Positions 1 through 14,501 of a stretch of DNA of 34,740 nucleotides are shown here, in pieces. The number at the start of each line of letters is the position of its first letter. The first letter of the stretch is position 1. The notes beneath the pieces are model-generated. The model searched no databases and was not told the DNA's origin. It saw only the letters and a list, made by a program, of their open reading frames with translations. The DNA is from Betaproteobacteria bacterium (lineage in GTDB: Bacteria > Pseudomonadota > Gammaproteobacteria > Burkholderiales > SG8-39), in the NCBI GenBank assembly GCA_005882235.1, contig VBCT01000044.1, forward strand, positions 1 through 34,740, given 5' to 3'. The position numbers were made by a program, and so were the translations under genes.

Positions 1-450
1 CGGATTCGATTTGGCAAGAGCGACGAATTGGCCGATGTTGGCGGCGGGCGTGTTTGCGCTGATCGCAAATGAAAGAACGCCGGTCGCAACCAGGCTCACC
101 GGGGTGAAGCTCTTCAGGGGATCGTAGCTAGATTTCTTGCTCAGCGCAGGGTTGAGGGCAAATGTCGTGGCGGTCATCATCAAGGTGTAGCCGTCGCCTG
201 CCGCCCGAGCGGCGAGCTCCGTGCCGATATTCCCGCTTGCTCCAGGTCTGTTGTCGACGACGACGGCTACGCCCCAGCGTTCGCTCAACCTCTGGCCACA
301 GGTGCGCGCCAGGATATCGATGCCTGTTCCGGGTGAAAAGGGGGCGATGATGGTGATCGCGCGCCTCGGGTAGTCTTGCTGCGCCAAGACCGGACCGGCT
401 GCAAGGGCGGCGAGAACCAGCGCAGCGGCGGGCGATCTGTCAATCGGCAT
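1..450 (-). CDS. Bug-family (TctC-like) tripartite tricarboxylate transporter periplasmic substrate-binding protein, N-terminal 150 codons; gene continues past the window edge
   Basis: Absent from the ORF track because it runs off the 5' edge. The reverse complement from ATG at 450 reads MPIDRSPAAALVLAALAAGPVLAQQDYPRRAITIIAPFSPGTGIDILARTCGQRLSERWGVAVVVDNRPGASGNIGTELAARAAGDGYTLMMTATTFALNPAL...YDPLKSFTPVSL. It shows a signal peptide plus the YP.R.I..I.PF / VV.DN.PGA.G.IG / DGYTL / YDP.K.F.P pattern typical of Bug/TctC receptors. A GGAG Shine-Dalgarno (SD) lies 5 nt upstream. The frame is open for all 150 codons. Confidence 0.75.
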   Translation of the reverse strand, partial: MPIDRSPAAALVLAALAAGPVLAQQDYPRRAITIIAPFSPGTGIDILARTCGQRLSERWGVAVVVDNRPGASGNIGTELAARAAGDGYTLMMTATTFALNPALSKKSSYDPLKSFTPVSLVATGVLSFAISANTPAANIGQFVALAKSNP

Positions 451-464
451 GGGCGCTCCGGCGG

Positions 465-1343
465 TTATTGTAAAGCCGATCCGGGCAGATCTTCGCGGCT
501 CAGAAGAAACACGCAGTCGTATCCGGCGCTCGTCTCCGGCCAAATGAACGGGTGCCGTGGAAACTCGCGCTCGAGCCGACTGCGATTGTGCCCGATCTCC
601 ACGACGAGCAGCCCCCTAGGGCGCAGAAAATCCCGTGCCACCAGCAGAATTCTGCGCGTGAATTCCAAGCCGTCCCGTCCTCCGTCAAGCGCAAGCCGCG
701 GCTCCCGGCGGTATTCGGGCGGAAGGCGCCGCATGGCCGCGGTTCCGACGTAGGGCGGATTGGCGACGATGAGATCGTAGCGTGCCTGTTGCAGGCCGGC
801 GAACAGGTCGCCCCGCACAAGGTTCACGCGATGGCCGAGGCGGTAGGCTCGCAAATTCCGGCGCGCGACGGAGAGCGCCGGGCGAGAAATATCGGCGGCG
901 TCCACGATCGCGCGAGGGAATGCCAGCGCTAGCAGTATCGCCAGGCAGCCCGACCCGGTGCACAGATCGAGCGCCCGGCGCACCTCGGGCGGGCGAGAGA
1001 CCCAAGGGGCGAGCCGGTCGCGAAGGAGCTCGGCGATGAAAGAGCGCGGCACGACGACGCGCTCGTCCACGTAGAACCGGTGCTCGCCCAGCCAGGCTTC
1101 GTCGATGAGATAGGCGAGTGGACGACGCGTGCGGACACGCTCCTCGATCAGCCGCGAGGCGCTTCGGCGTTCCCGTGCCGTCAGCTCGTAGCCGAGCGAT
1201 CGGGCAAGCTCATCGTGGGGCAAGCGCAGCACGCTCATGAGCAGCCACGCCGCTTCGTCTCGCGCGCTGTGCGTTCCGTGGCCGAACCGGAGGCGGGCCG
1301 CCCGAAAGCGCCGTTCCGCGTAGCACAGCCAGTCGCGCAGCAC
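465..1343 (-). CDS. prmB: 50S ribosomal protein L3 N5-glutamine methyltransferase
   Basis: 292-aa ORF with a GTG start. It carries the SAM-binding LDLCTGSGCLAILLA motif and the catalytic NPPY motif (IVANPPYV). The N-terminal FGHGT..ARDEAAWLL is typical of PrmB rather than PrmC. It sits directly downstream of dapE. Confidence 0.85.
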   Translation of the reverse strand: MLRDWLCYAERRFRAARLRFGHGTHSARDEAAWLLMSVLRLPHDELARSLGYELTARERRSASRLIEERVRTRRPLAYLIDEAWLGEHRFYVDERVVVPRSFIAELLRDRLAPWVSRPPEVRRALDLCTGSGCLAILLALAFPRAIVDAADISRPALSVARRNLRAYRLGHRVNLVRGDLFAGLQQARYDLIVANPPYVGTAAMRRLPPEYRREPRLALDGGRDGLEFTRRILLVARDFLRPRGLLVVEIGHNRSRLEREFPRHPFIWPETSAGYDCVFLLSREDLPGSALQ

Positions 1344-1387
1344 CGCCGAAGGTGCTGCGCGGGTGCGGGTGGGAGGCCGTGAACGCG

Positions 1388-2593
<1,206 letters not shown>

Positions 2594-2599
2594 TCAATG

Positions 2600-3781
2600 C
2601 TATGCGCGCTCCGTCTCGCTGGTGTCGAGCTTGAACTCGCTGAACGGAGCGCTGGTGGTGGCTCCCGCCGCGGGTCTTGCATCCGGGTTTCGTTCCTTGC
2701 CGGCCGCAAAATCGGCGCCGGCCGCGGTGTTGTTGATGAGCCAAAGCAGATTGTTCGCGGAGTCCGCGTTGGCAAGCCCCTCGTCCTGTGTGATGAGACC
2801 GTCCCGAATCATTTTGAAGAGCGATTGCTCGAAGGTCTGCGAGCCGGGGGTCAGCGCCTTCTCCATCGCCTCCTTCATCTCGCTGATCTCGCCTTTTTCG
2901 ATCAATTCGGCAATGTAGCGGCTGTTCAGCATGACTTCGACCGCCGCTGAACGCAGGCCCCTGACGTTCTTGACGAGGCGCTGCGATATGACGCACTTGA
3001 GCGTCGCCGACAGGTCCTGCAGCAGCGCGGTGCGGCTTTCCAGCGGGTAGAAGCTGATGATGCGGTTCATCGTGTGATAGCTGTTGTTGGCGTGCAGCGT
3101 GGCGAGGCACAGGTGACCGGACTGCGCGTACTGGATTGCCGAGGTCATGTTCTCCTTGTCGCGGATTTCGCCGATGAGGATGCAATCGGGCGCCTGGCGC
3201 AAGGCATTCTTCAGCCCCACCCTCATATCCAAGGTGTCGGTCCCGACCTCGCGCTGGCTCACGATCGACTTCTTGTTCTGGAAAATGAACTCCACCGGCT
3301 CTTCGAGCGTAAAAATATGTCCGGTTCGCTGTTCGTTGCGATAGTCGAGCATGGCGGCAAGCGTCGTCGACTTTCCCGATCCGGTCGCGCCCACCATCAG
3401 GATGAGGCCCCGCTTCTCCAGGATGATGTCCTTGAGCACTGGCGGCAGGCCGAGCGAGTCGAGCGGCGGGATGATGTTGGGAATGTAGCGCACCACCACT
3501 GCGGGCGAGCCCTTTTGCCGGAAGGCGCTGATGCGGAAACTGCCTACACCCTGCAGGGTAAATGCCGTGTTCAATTCGAGCGTGTCCTCGTACTCCTTCC
3601 TCTGCTTCTGGTCGATCACTTCGTAGAGCAGACCGCGGACGGTGTTGCCATCCATCAGCTGTTGATTGATGGGCATGGCGACGCCGTTGATCTTGATATT
3701 GATGGGAGCGCCGACCGACAGGAAAATGTCAGAGGCCTTCTTGTCGGCCATCAGCTGGAAGAGTCGCTTCATCGCGGACAT
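2600..3781 (-). CDS. pilU: PilT/PilU-family type IV pilus retraction ATPase, PilU-like
   Basis: C-terminal about 393 codons of the 666-aa track ORF. It has Walker A GATGSGKST, an Asp box HIFTLEEPVEF, Walker B DCILIGEIRD and a His box SGHLCLATLHAN. The segment LNSRYIAELIEKGEISEMKEAM resembles PilU and lacks the PilT AIRNLIRE motif. Start chosen at ATG 3781 (MSAMKRLF) with AGGGGG 6 nt upstream; ATG 3787 is an alternative. The upstream 270 aa of the track ORF is out-of-frame read-through of dapD. Confidence 0.85.
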   Translation of the reverse strand: MSAMKRLFQLMADKKASDIFLSVGAPINIKINGVAMPINQQLMDGNTVRGLLYEVIDQKQRKEYEDTLELNTAFTLQGVGSFRISAFRQKGSPAVVVRYIPNIIPPLDSLGLPPVLKDIILEKRGLILMVGATGSGKSTTLAAMLDYRNEQRTGHIFTLEEPVEFIFQNKKSIVSQREVGTDTLDMRVGLKNALRQAPDCILIGEIRDKENMTSAIQYAQSGHLCLATLHANNSYHTMNRIISFYPLESRTALLQDLSATLKCVISQRLVKNVRGLRSAAVEVMLNSRYIAELIEKGEISEMKEAMEKALTPGSQTFEQSLFKMIRDGLITQDEGLANADSANNLLWLINNTAAGADFAAGKERNPDARPAAGATTSAPFSEFKLDTSETERA

Positions 3782-3810
3782 CGGCATCCCCCTAGAGACG
3801 CGGCGGGTCG

Positions 3811-4647
3811 CTACTCGCCGCGCAACAGCTCGTTGATGCTGGTCTTTGCGCGGGTCTTGGCGTCGACCTGCTTGACGATCACCGCACAGTATAGGCCGTA
3901 TTTGCCGTCCGCGGACGGCAGGGTGCCGGGCACGACCACCGACCCGGCCGGAACCCGGCCGTAGAGAATTTCGCCGCTGGCCCGATCGAGAATTCGGGTG
4001 CTCGCCCCGATGAACACGCCCATCGAGATGACCGCGTTCTCCTCGACGATGACGCCTTCGACGACCTCCGAGCGCGCGCCCACGAAGCAGTTGTCCTCGA
4101 CGATGGTGGGGTTCGCCTGCAGGGGCTCGAGGACCCCGCCGATGCCCACTCCCCCCGAAAGATGCACGTTCTTGCCGATCTGGACGCACGAGCCCACCGT
4201 GGCCCAGGTATCGATCATCGTGCCCTCGTCCACGTAGGCGCCGACATTGACGTAGGAAGGCATGAGCACGACGTTTTTTGCGATGTAGGCCCCGTGGCGC
4301 GCCACGGCGGGAGGCACGACTCGGAATCCCCCTCGCTTGAAACGCGCGCGGTCGTAACCTTCGAACTTGGTTGGGACCTTGTCGTAGAACCGGAGAGATC
4401 CGGCGCGAATCGGCCGGTTGTCCTCCAGCCGGAATGACAGCAGCACGGCCTTCTTGATCCATTGGTGCGTGTGCCAGGCTCCGTCGAGCTTTTCCGCGAC
4501 CCGCAGCCTGCCTTGGTCGAGCTCGTCGAGCACCCGCGCGACGGACCTGCGGGTTTTCGCCGGCGCCGAGCCCGGCGAAAGGCGCGCGCGGTCCTCCCAT
4601 GCCTCTTCGACGGCGCTCTGGAGCTTCTGTATCGCGGACGAGCTCAT
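3811..4647 (-). CDS. dapD: 2,3,4,5-tetrahydropyridine-2,6-dicarboxylate N-succinyltransferase
   Basis: 278-aa ORF. The N-terminus ([10 protein letters not shown]...[34 protein letters not shown]) and the hexapeptide-repeat C-terminal half are typical DapD. The start overlaps the dapC stop (ATGA). Confidence 0.92.
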   Translation of the reverse strand: MSSSAIQKLQSAVEEAWEDRARLSPGSAPAKTRRSVARVLDELDQGRLRVAEKLDGAWHTHQWIKKAVLLSFRLEDNRPIRAGSLRFYDKVPTKFEGYDRARFKRGGFRVVPPAVARHGAYIAKNVVLMPSYVNVGAYVDEGTMIDTWATVGSCVQIGKNVHLSGGVGIGGVLEPLQANPTIVEDNCFVGARSEVVEGVIVEENAVISMGVFIGASTRILDRASGEILYGRVPAGSVVVPGTLPSADGKYGLYCAVIVKQVDAKTRAKTSINELLRGE

Positions 4648-5834
4648 AGTTTCCTAGTGAATTCTACGATACGGCGGGCCGCCTCGAGGCACTCGTCGAT
4701 TTCCGCCACCAGCGCCATGCGCACGTAATTCGTTCCCGGATTGAGCCCATTCGACTCACGCGCGAGGAAACTCCCGGGGAGCACCGTGACATTCTGCTCT
4801 GCGTAAAGGCGCCGAGCGAAATCAGTATCGGCGACTGGGGTATGGGCCCACAGATAAAAACCGGCGTCGGGAACCCCGACCTCCAGCGCCGTCTGCATGA
4901 GCGGCGCGACACGGGCAAATTTCTCCGCGTATTTCCTGCGGTTTTCGCGCACATGGGCCTCGTCGCGCCAAGCGGCGATGCTGGCGTCTTGCACCGCCGG
5001 GCTCATGGCCCCGCCATGGTAGGTGCGGTAGAGCAGAAATGACCTGAGGATAGCGGTGTCGCCGGCGACAAAGCCCGAGCGCATGCCCGGAACGTTGGAG
5101 CGCTTGGACAGGCTGGAGAACATTACCAACCGCTCGAATCCACGGCCCAGCCGCGCGGCGGCCTGAAGGGCCCCCAGCGGCGGCGCGGCTTCGTCGAAAT
5201 AGATCTCCGAATAGCATTCGTCTGACGCAATGATGAATCCATAGCGATCGGCGAGCACGAAGATCTCCTTCCACTCGGGCAGGCCCAGCACCTTTCCGGT
5301 CGGATTGCCCGGCGAGCAGACGTAGAGCAACTGCGTCCGGCGCCAGACATCTTCCGGAATCGAAGCGTAGTCAGCGGCGAATCCACGTTCGGCCGTGGTG
5401 TTCACGTAGTACGGCCGTGCCCCGGCGAGCAGCGCCGCGCCCTCGTAAATCTGATAGAAGGGATTGGGGCAGACCACCACGGCATCGTGGCGTTCCGGGT
5501 CGACGACGGTCTGCGCAAGGGCAAACAAGGCCTCGCGCGAGCCGTTGACGGGCAGCACCTCGGTCTCCCAGTCGATCGAACGCAGGCCGTAGCGTAGTAC
5601 CAGCCAATCGGCGAGCGCCTGGCGCAACGCATCGCCGCCGGCCGTCGGAGGGTACGAGGCGAGCTTCGCGAGGCTCGCCGACAATGCGCGCTTGATCAGC
5701 TCCGGCGTCGGGTGCCGCGGCTCGCCGATGCCCAAACCGATGTGCGCAAGCGCCGCGTCCGGCTTCACACCCACGAACAGACCGCGCAATTTCTCGAACG
5801 GGTAGGGCTGCAGAGACTGCAGTCGGGGATTCAC
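4644..5834 (-). CDS. dapC: Succinyldiaminopimelate transaminase (class I PLP aminotransferase)
   Basis: 396-aa ORF with a GTG start. It has the aminotransferase class I fold signature ([20 protein letters not shown] with the PLP lysine). Its position immediately upstream of dapD matches betaproteobacterial dapC. Substrate assignment rests on synteny. Confidence 0.8.
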   Translation of the reverse strand: MNPRLQSLQPYPFEKLRGLFVGVKPDAALAHIGLGIGEPRHPTPELIKRALSASLAKLASYPPTAGGDALRQALADWLVLRYGLRSIDWETEVLPVNGSREALFALAQTVVDPERHDAVVVCPNPFYQIYEGAALLAGARPYYVNTTAERGFAADYASIPEDVWRRTQLLYVCSPGNPTGKVLGLPEWKEIFVLADRYGFIIASDECYSEIYFDEAAPPLGALQAAARLGRGFERLVMFSSLSKRSNVPGMRSGFVAGDTAILRSFLLYRTYHGGAMSPAVQDASIAAWRDEAHVRENRRKYAEKFARVAPLMQTALEVGVPDAGFYLWAHTPVADTDFARRLYAEQNVTVLPGSFLARESNGLNPGTNYVRMALVAEIDECLEAARRIVEFTRKL

Positions 5835-5846
5835 GGTGCCTGCTCT

Positions 5847-6263
5847 TTAGCGCGTGCTGTGCTGCTCGTCGATCGGCGCGAGCTCCAAGCCGGCGGCGGG
5901 TTTCCAGGCTTTCTTGCGATGCTCAGCCACCACGCTTGTGAAAACTCCCCCGCGCACGTAAAACCTGGCAGTGAGGCGGAGGAAGCGCGGCGCGAGCAGG
6001 GCGACCAAGTCGTCGCAGATACGGTTTGTGACCGCTTCGTGGAAAGCGCTTTCGTTGCGATAGGACCAGATGTAGAGCTTGAAGCTCTTCAGCTCGACGC
6101 ACTTGCGGTCCGGCACGTAGTCGAGAAAAAGCGTCGCGAAGTCCGGCTGCCCGGTTCGCGGGCACAGGCAGGTGAACTCCGGGATCTGCATCCGGATCAA
6201 ATAGTCGCGGCGCGGGCTTGGATTGGGAAAACTCTCGAGCGATTTACTCGGCTTGGACGGCAT
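5847..6263 (-). CDS. queF: NADPH-dependent 7-cyano-7-deazaguanine (preQ0) reductase, unimodular type
   Basis: 138-aa ORF. It contains the catalytic Cys context [14 protein letters not shown] and the QueF motif [14 protein letters not shown]. Confidence 0.9.
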   Translation of the reverse strand: MPSKPSKSLESFPNPSPRRDYLIRMQIPEFTCLCPRTGQPDFATLFLDYVPDRKCVELKSFKLYIWSYRNESAFHEAVTNRICDDLVALLAPRFLRLTARFYVRGGVFTSVVAEHRKKAWKPAAGLELAPIDEQHSTR

Positions 6264-6377
6264 TCAGGGTCCGGGTGCGAAGTTGGAGATGGTATTATAG
6301 GGGCTCCGTTTTATCGACGATGAATCCGGCTAACGGCCGGTTTTCTTTTACCTGGATTCGTAGCGCCTTCTGCTAGC
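6264..6377. promoter_or_regulatory. Divergent queF / smc intergenic control region
   Basis: 114-bp gap between divergent starts. TATTATA at 6293-6299 reads as a -10-like hexamer on both strands (TATAAT on the minus strand, about 31 nt upstream of the queF ATG). No good -35 was identified by eye. A short hairpin CCGGC-TAACG-GCCGG (6326-6340) is followed by TTTTCTTTT on the plus strand. Confidence 0.3.
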
Positions 6378-9300
6378 GTGCGGCTCACACAAATCAAGCT
6401 CGCTGGGTTCAAGTCCTTCGTCGATCCGTCCACGGTGAGCATTCCGGGGCAACTGGTCGGCGTGGTCGGTCCGAACGGATGCGGGAAGTCGAACATCATC
6501 GACGCCGTCCGGTGGGTTCTCGGGGAGTCGCGCGCCTCGGCTCTGCGCGGCGACTCGATGCAGGACGTGATCTTCAACGGCTCGTCGCTGCGAAAGCCCG
6601 TGGCGCGTGCAAGCGTCGAGTTGTTCTTCGACAACAGCCTCGGCAGGGCGTCTGGCCAATGGTCCCAGTATGCCGAGATCTCGGTGAAGCGTGTGCTGCA
6701 GCGGGACGGCGAATCCTCCTATTTCATCAACAACACTCACGTACGCCGCCGCGACGTGCAGGACATTTTCCTCGGCACGGGCCTGGGCCCGCGTGCCTAC
6801 GCCATCATCGAGCAGGGGATGATCTCGCGCATCATCGAAGCGAGACCCGAGGAATTGCGCGTGTTTCTGGAGGAAGCGGCGGGAGTGTCCAAGTACAAGG
6901 AGCGGCGGCGCGAAACCGAACATCGCCTCGCCGACACCCGCGACAACCTCGCGCGCCTGGGCGACATCCGCCTCGAGCTCGCATCGCAGATCGAGCGGCT
7001 CGGGCAGCAAGCCGAGACCGCCCGGCGCTACAGCGAGCTCTCGGCCGAGCGTGCCCAGAAACAAAACCTGCTGTGGCTGGTGAGGCGCAACGAGGCGTTG
7101 GCCGAGGCGCAGCGCCACACGCGGGAAGTCGCGCGCGCCGCGGTCGAGCTCGAGGCCGAAACCACGCGGCTGCGCGAAAGCGAGCGCGACCTCGAGCGGG
7201 CGCGGACGGAGCACTACTCCGCGGGCGACGCCTTGAGCGCGGCGCAAGGCGAGCTCTACGGCGCCAACGCCGACGTTTCGCGCATCGAAACCGAAATGCG
7301 CTTCGTCGCGGATACGCGCCAGCGGCTCGAAGCGCAGCTTGCGCAAATGCGCGCGCAACGCGACGCCGGCCGACGCAACGAGATCGAACAGCGGGAAGCG
7401 CTCCGCGGCTGGGAAACCCGGCTGGCGGAGTCGCGCGAGGCGCTGGAGACGGCGAAGCGCAATCTCGCCGAGGAGCAGGTCAAGCTGCCTCAGGCGGAGC
7501 AGGGCGTGCGCCTGCTCCAGGGTCGGATCGCGGGCGAGCGCGAGCGCATCGCCCAGGCCGAGCAGGCCTTCCAGGTCAAGCAGGCGCACCTCGCTCATGC
7601 GAACAAGACGCTGCAGGCGCTGGAGCACCGCGGGGAGAAGTTGCTGGCCGAGCAGGGCGAGCTGATCGCGCCCGATGCCGAATCGCTGGCGCGGCTCGCC
7701 GGAGAGCTGGGACAGAGCCGCGGCGAGCTCTCGCGCCAGGAGGCGCTGCTCGGGCAGCTCGAGGCGGCGCGCGCCGCCGTGGACGAGCGACGCCGGACTG
7801 GGGGCGACGGCCTGCAGACCCTCGAACGCGAGATCGCCGCGCTGGAGGGAAAGCTCGCCACACTCGAGAAAATCCAGGGTCAGGTCGAGGAAAACAGCAA
7901 GGTTCAGGACTGGATCGCGCACCACCAGCTCGCATCGAAGCCGCGGCTGTGGCAGAAGATCCGCGTCGAGCAAGGGTGGGAAACGGCGGTCGAGTCGGTG
8001 CTGCGCGAACGCTTGCACGCGATGGAGATGTCGGACCCTGAGCTGCTGCAGCGCCTGCTCGATGACCCGCCGCCGGCGAGGGTGAGCGCCTTCAGCCCTG
8101 GCGCCGACGCGGACCTGCGGCGCGAAAAAGGGCTGACGCCTCTCGCTGAATACGTCGAGTCGGGGGAGCGCGCAGTTGGCGCGGTGGTTTCGGCGTGGCT
8201 CGCCCCGTACTACGCCGTCGAAGGCGTTCCACGGCTCCTTACGCGAATGGCGCTGCCGCCGCACGTCGTTCTGGTCAATCGTGAGGGCCATCAATTCAGC
8301 CGCTTTGCCGTGAGCTTCCACGCCCCCGACCCCGCCGACACCGGCATTCTCGCTCGGCAGCGGGAAATCGAGGGCCTGAAGCGCGAGGCGGGCGATCGCG
8401 AAGAACAGATCGAGAAGAAGCGCCAGGAGCTGGCCGAGCTCGAGCGCTCGCTCGCCGAACACGATGAAGGGCTCGTCAAGCTGCGGGCGGCCGGCGCCGC
8501 GCTCAAGCAGCGCCATCACGAGCGCGAGCTCGAGCACCTCAGGTTGACTCAGAGCCAGGAGCGGTACGAGGAACGCAGCAGCCAGATTGATGGGGAGCTC
8601 GCCGAGATCGCGGCGCAGCAGGCGCAGGAGCGGTCGGCGCAGTCGGGCGCAGAGGCAAGCCTCGAGCGCCATCAGGCGGAGATCGACGAGCTCTACCGCC
8701 GGCTTGATGCGAGCGAAAAGGAGCAGCAGGATGCGGAACGCGCGCTCGAGGAGCAGCGGCAGCGCGTCCAGCAGACCGAGCGCGAAGCCCAGGAAGCGGG
8801 TTTCATTGAAAAGGAATGTATAAGCAAGATCAATGATATAAATATCTCTTCTAATACTTTACTTGAGCACGTCGCGCAAGCCGATCAGAACCTGGAAAAG
8901 CTCCAGGCCGAGCTTGCGAGCGTCGACGACCTAACCCTGCGTGACCAGCTTCAGAAAGGCCTGGAGACCCGGCTCGCGCGCGAACAAGACCTTGCCGCGG
9001 CGCGCAACCGGCAGGAGCAGATCGCCGAGAGCTTGCGCGCATCCGAGGAGGCGAGGCTGGGCAGCGAGCACAAGCTGCAGCCGCTGCGCGACCGCATCGC
9101 GGAGCTGAGGCTGAAGGAGCAGGCGGCGCAGATCAACAGCGAGCAGTTCGCGCAGCAGCTCCGCGAAGCGGGCGCAGACGAGGCCGCCCTGGCGTCGGCG
9201 ATGAAGGAAGGTCAGAAAGCGGCGGCGCTGCAGGGGGAGATCACCCGGCTCTCCAACGCGCTCGCCGAATTCGGCGCGATCAACATGGCGGCTCTCGAGG

Positions 9301-9896
9301 AGCTCCGCGCGAGCCAGGAGCGCAAGCAGTTCCTCGACGCCCAGGCCGCCGACCTCGGCGCGGCGCTCGAGACTTTGGAGAACGCCATACGCCGAATCGA
9401 CCGGGAAACGCGCGACATGCTGAGGGCGACTTTCGACACGGTGAACCGCCATTTCGGCGAGATGTTCCCGGCGCTCTTCGGCGGTGGCGAGGCCCAGCTC
9501 ATCATGACGGGTGAGGAAATTCTCGATTGCGGCGTTCAAGTGATGGGGCGTCCTCCGGGGAAAAAGAACACCACCATCCATCTGCTCTCGGGCGGGGAGA
9601 AGGCGCTCGCCGCGATTGCTCTGGTGTTTTCTTTTTTCCAACTCAACCCCGCGCCGTTCTGCCTGCTGGACGAAGTCGACGCGCCGCTCGATGACGCCAA
9701 CACCGAACGCTTCTGCGATCTGGTGGAAAAAATGTCGCAGCAAACCCAGTTCCTGTTCATCAGCCACAATAAGATCACCATGGAGATGGCGCGCCAGCTG
9801 ATCGGCGTCACCATGCAGGAGCGAGGCGTGTCGCGGGTCGTGGCGGTCGACATCGAGGAAGCATTGAAGCTGCGGGAAGAACCCGCCGCCGCCTGA
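6378..9896 (+). CDS. smc: Chromosome partition protein Smc
   Basis: 1172-aa ORF with a GTG start. It has the N-terminal Walker A (GPNGCGKSNIIDAVRWVLGE), long coiled-coil arms, the signature motif LSGGEKALAAIALVF and Walker B FCLLDEVDAPLDD. Confidence 0.92.
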   Translation: MRLTQIKLAGFKSFVDPSTVSIPGQLVGVVGPNGCGKSNIIDAVRWVLGESRASALRGDSMQDVIFNGSSLRKPVARASVELFFDNSLGRASGQWSQYAEISVKRVLQRDGESSYFINNTHVRRRDVQDIFLGTGLGPRAYAIIEQGMISRIIEARPEELRVFLEEAAGVSKYKERRRETEHRLADTRDNLARLGDIRLELASQIERLGQQAETARRYSELSAERAQKQNLLWLVRRNEALAEAQRHTREVARAAVELEAETTRLRESERDLERARTEHYSAGDALSAAQGELYGANADVSRIETEMRFVADTRQRLEAQLAQMRAQRDAGRRNEIEQREALRGWETRLAESREALETAKRNLAEEQVKLPQAEQGVRLLQGRIAGERERIAQAEQAFQVKQAHLAHANKTLQALEHRGEKLLAEQGELIAPDAESLARLAGELGQSRGELSRQEALLGQLEAARAAVDERRRTGGDGLQTLEREIAALEGKLATLEKIQGQVEENSKVQDWIAHHQLASKPRLWQKIRVEQGWETAVESVLRERLHAMEMSDPELLQRLLDDPPPARVSAFSPGADADLRREKGLTPLAEYVESGERAVGAVVSAWLAPYYAVEGVPRLLTRMALPPHVVLVNREGHQFSRFAVSFHAPDPADTGILARQREIEGLKREAGDREEQIEKKRQELAELERSLAEHDEGLVKLRAAGAALKQRHHERELEHLRLTQSQERYEERSSQIDGELAEIAAQQAQERSAQSGAEASLERHQAEIDELYRRLDASEKEQQDAERALEEQRQRVQQTEREAQEAGFIEKECISKINDINISSNTLLEHVAQADQNLEKLQAELASVDDLTLRDQLQKGLETRLAREQDLAAARNRQEQIAESLRASEEARLGSEHKLQPLRDRIAELRLKEQAAQINSEQFAQQLREAGADEAALASAMKEGQKAAALQGEITRLSNALAEFGAINMAALEELRASQERKQFLDAQAADLGAALETLENAIRRIDRETRDMLRATFDTVNRHFGEMFPALFGGGEAQLIMTGEEILDCGVQVMGRPPGKKNTTIHLLSGGEKALAAIALVFSFFQLNPAPFCLLDEVDAPLDDANTERFCDLVEKMSQQTQFLFISHNKITMEMARQLIGVTMQERGVSRVVAVDIEEALKLREEPAAA

Positions 9897-9898
9897 CC

Positions 9899-13913
<4,015 letters not shown>

Positions 13914-13949
13914 AGAAGCTTGGGGCCGGGGCGCTATACTTCTCGCGCC

Positions 13950-14495
13950 ATGACGCCCGACGAGGCCTGGAAAATCCTGGAGAGCGCCGATCGATTGTGC
14001 GACGAAGCCACGGTGCATGCCGCAATCGCGCGCCTTGCAGGGGAGATCACGGCGAGATTGAAAGACCGCTATCCTCTCGTGCTCGCCGTCATGGGCGGCT
14101 CGGTATTCTTTGCCGGTCATCTCTTGCCTCGGCTGCGTTTCCCGCTCGAGTTCGACTATATCCACGCATCGCGCTACGGCAACGCGACCTCGGGCCGCAG
14201 GATCGTATGGACGGTGGCGCCGCGGGAGAACGTGAGGGACCGCAGCGTGCTCGTGCTCGATGACATCCTCGACGGAGGCGAAACGCTCGCGGCGATCCGT
14301 GATCGCGTGAAATCGCTCGGTGCAGCGGCGTTCTACAGCGCCGTGCTCACCGACAAGAACATCGGCCGCGACAAGCCCATCGTCCCCGATTTCGTCGGCT
14401 TGAAACTGCCCAACCGCTATGTGTTCGGCTGCGGAATGGACGTATCCGGGGCTTGGCGCAACCTGTCGGAAATCTACGCGGTAAAGGAATCCTGA
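13950..14495 (+). CDS. Hypoxanthine-guanine phosphoribosyltransferase-like (type I PRTase)
   Basis: It carries the PRPP-binding motif VLVLDDILDGGETL. The size is about 181 aa from ATG 13950 (MTPDEAWKIL). The track ORF begins at a TTG at 13920, which I consider an over-extension. Confidence 0.75.
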   Translation: MTPDEAWKILESADRLCDEATVHAAIARLAGEITARLKDRYPLVLAVMGGSVFFAGHLLPRLRFPLEFDYIHASRYGNATSGRRIVWTVAPRENVRDRSVLVLDDILDGGETLAAIRDRVKSLGAAAFYSAVLTDKNIGRDKPIVPDFVGLKLPNRYVFGCGMDVSGAWRNLSEIYAVKES

Positions 14496-14501
14496 GCGCA
14501 C

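Noticed and set aside
3782-4600. N-terminal 270 aa of the 666-aa track ORF (2600-4600), suggesting a giant PilU fusion
   Set aside because: This part is an alternative-frame read-through across dapD (R/G/A-rich, no motifs). PilU homology starts at MSAMKRLF (3781), which has its own SD just after the dapD stop.
6264-6377. preQ1 riboswitch upstream of queF
   Set aside because: The minus-strand leader between the TATAAT-like box and the queF ATG is only about 25-30 nt. I see no preQ1-I/II-like stem plus A-rich tail. QueF is also not a usual riboswitch target.
6348-8672. 774-aa ORF antisense to smc
   Set aside because: It is a shadow ORF typical of high-GC DNA: an R/L/A/P-rich low-complexity translation with no recognisable motifs, entirely inside the well-supported smc frame.
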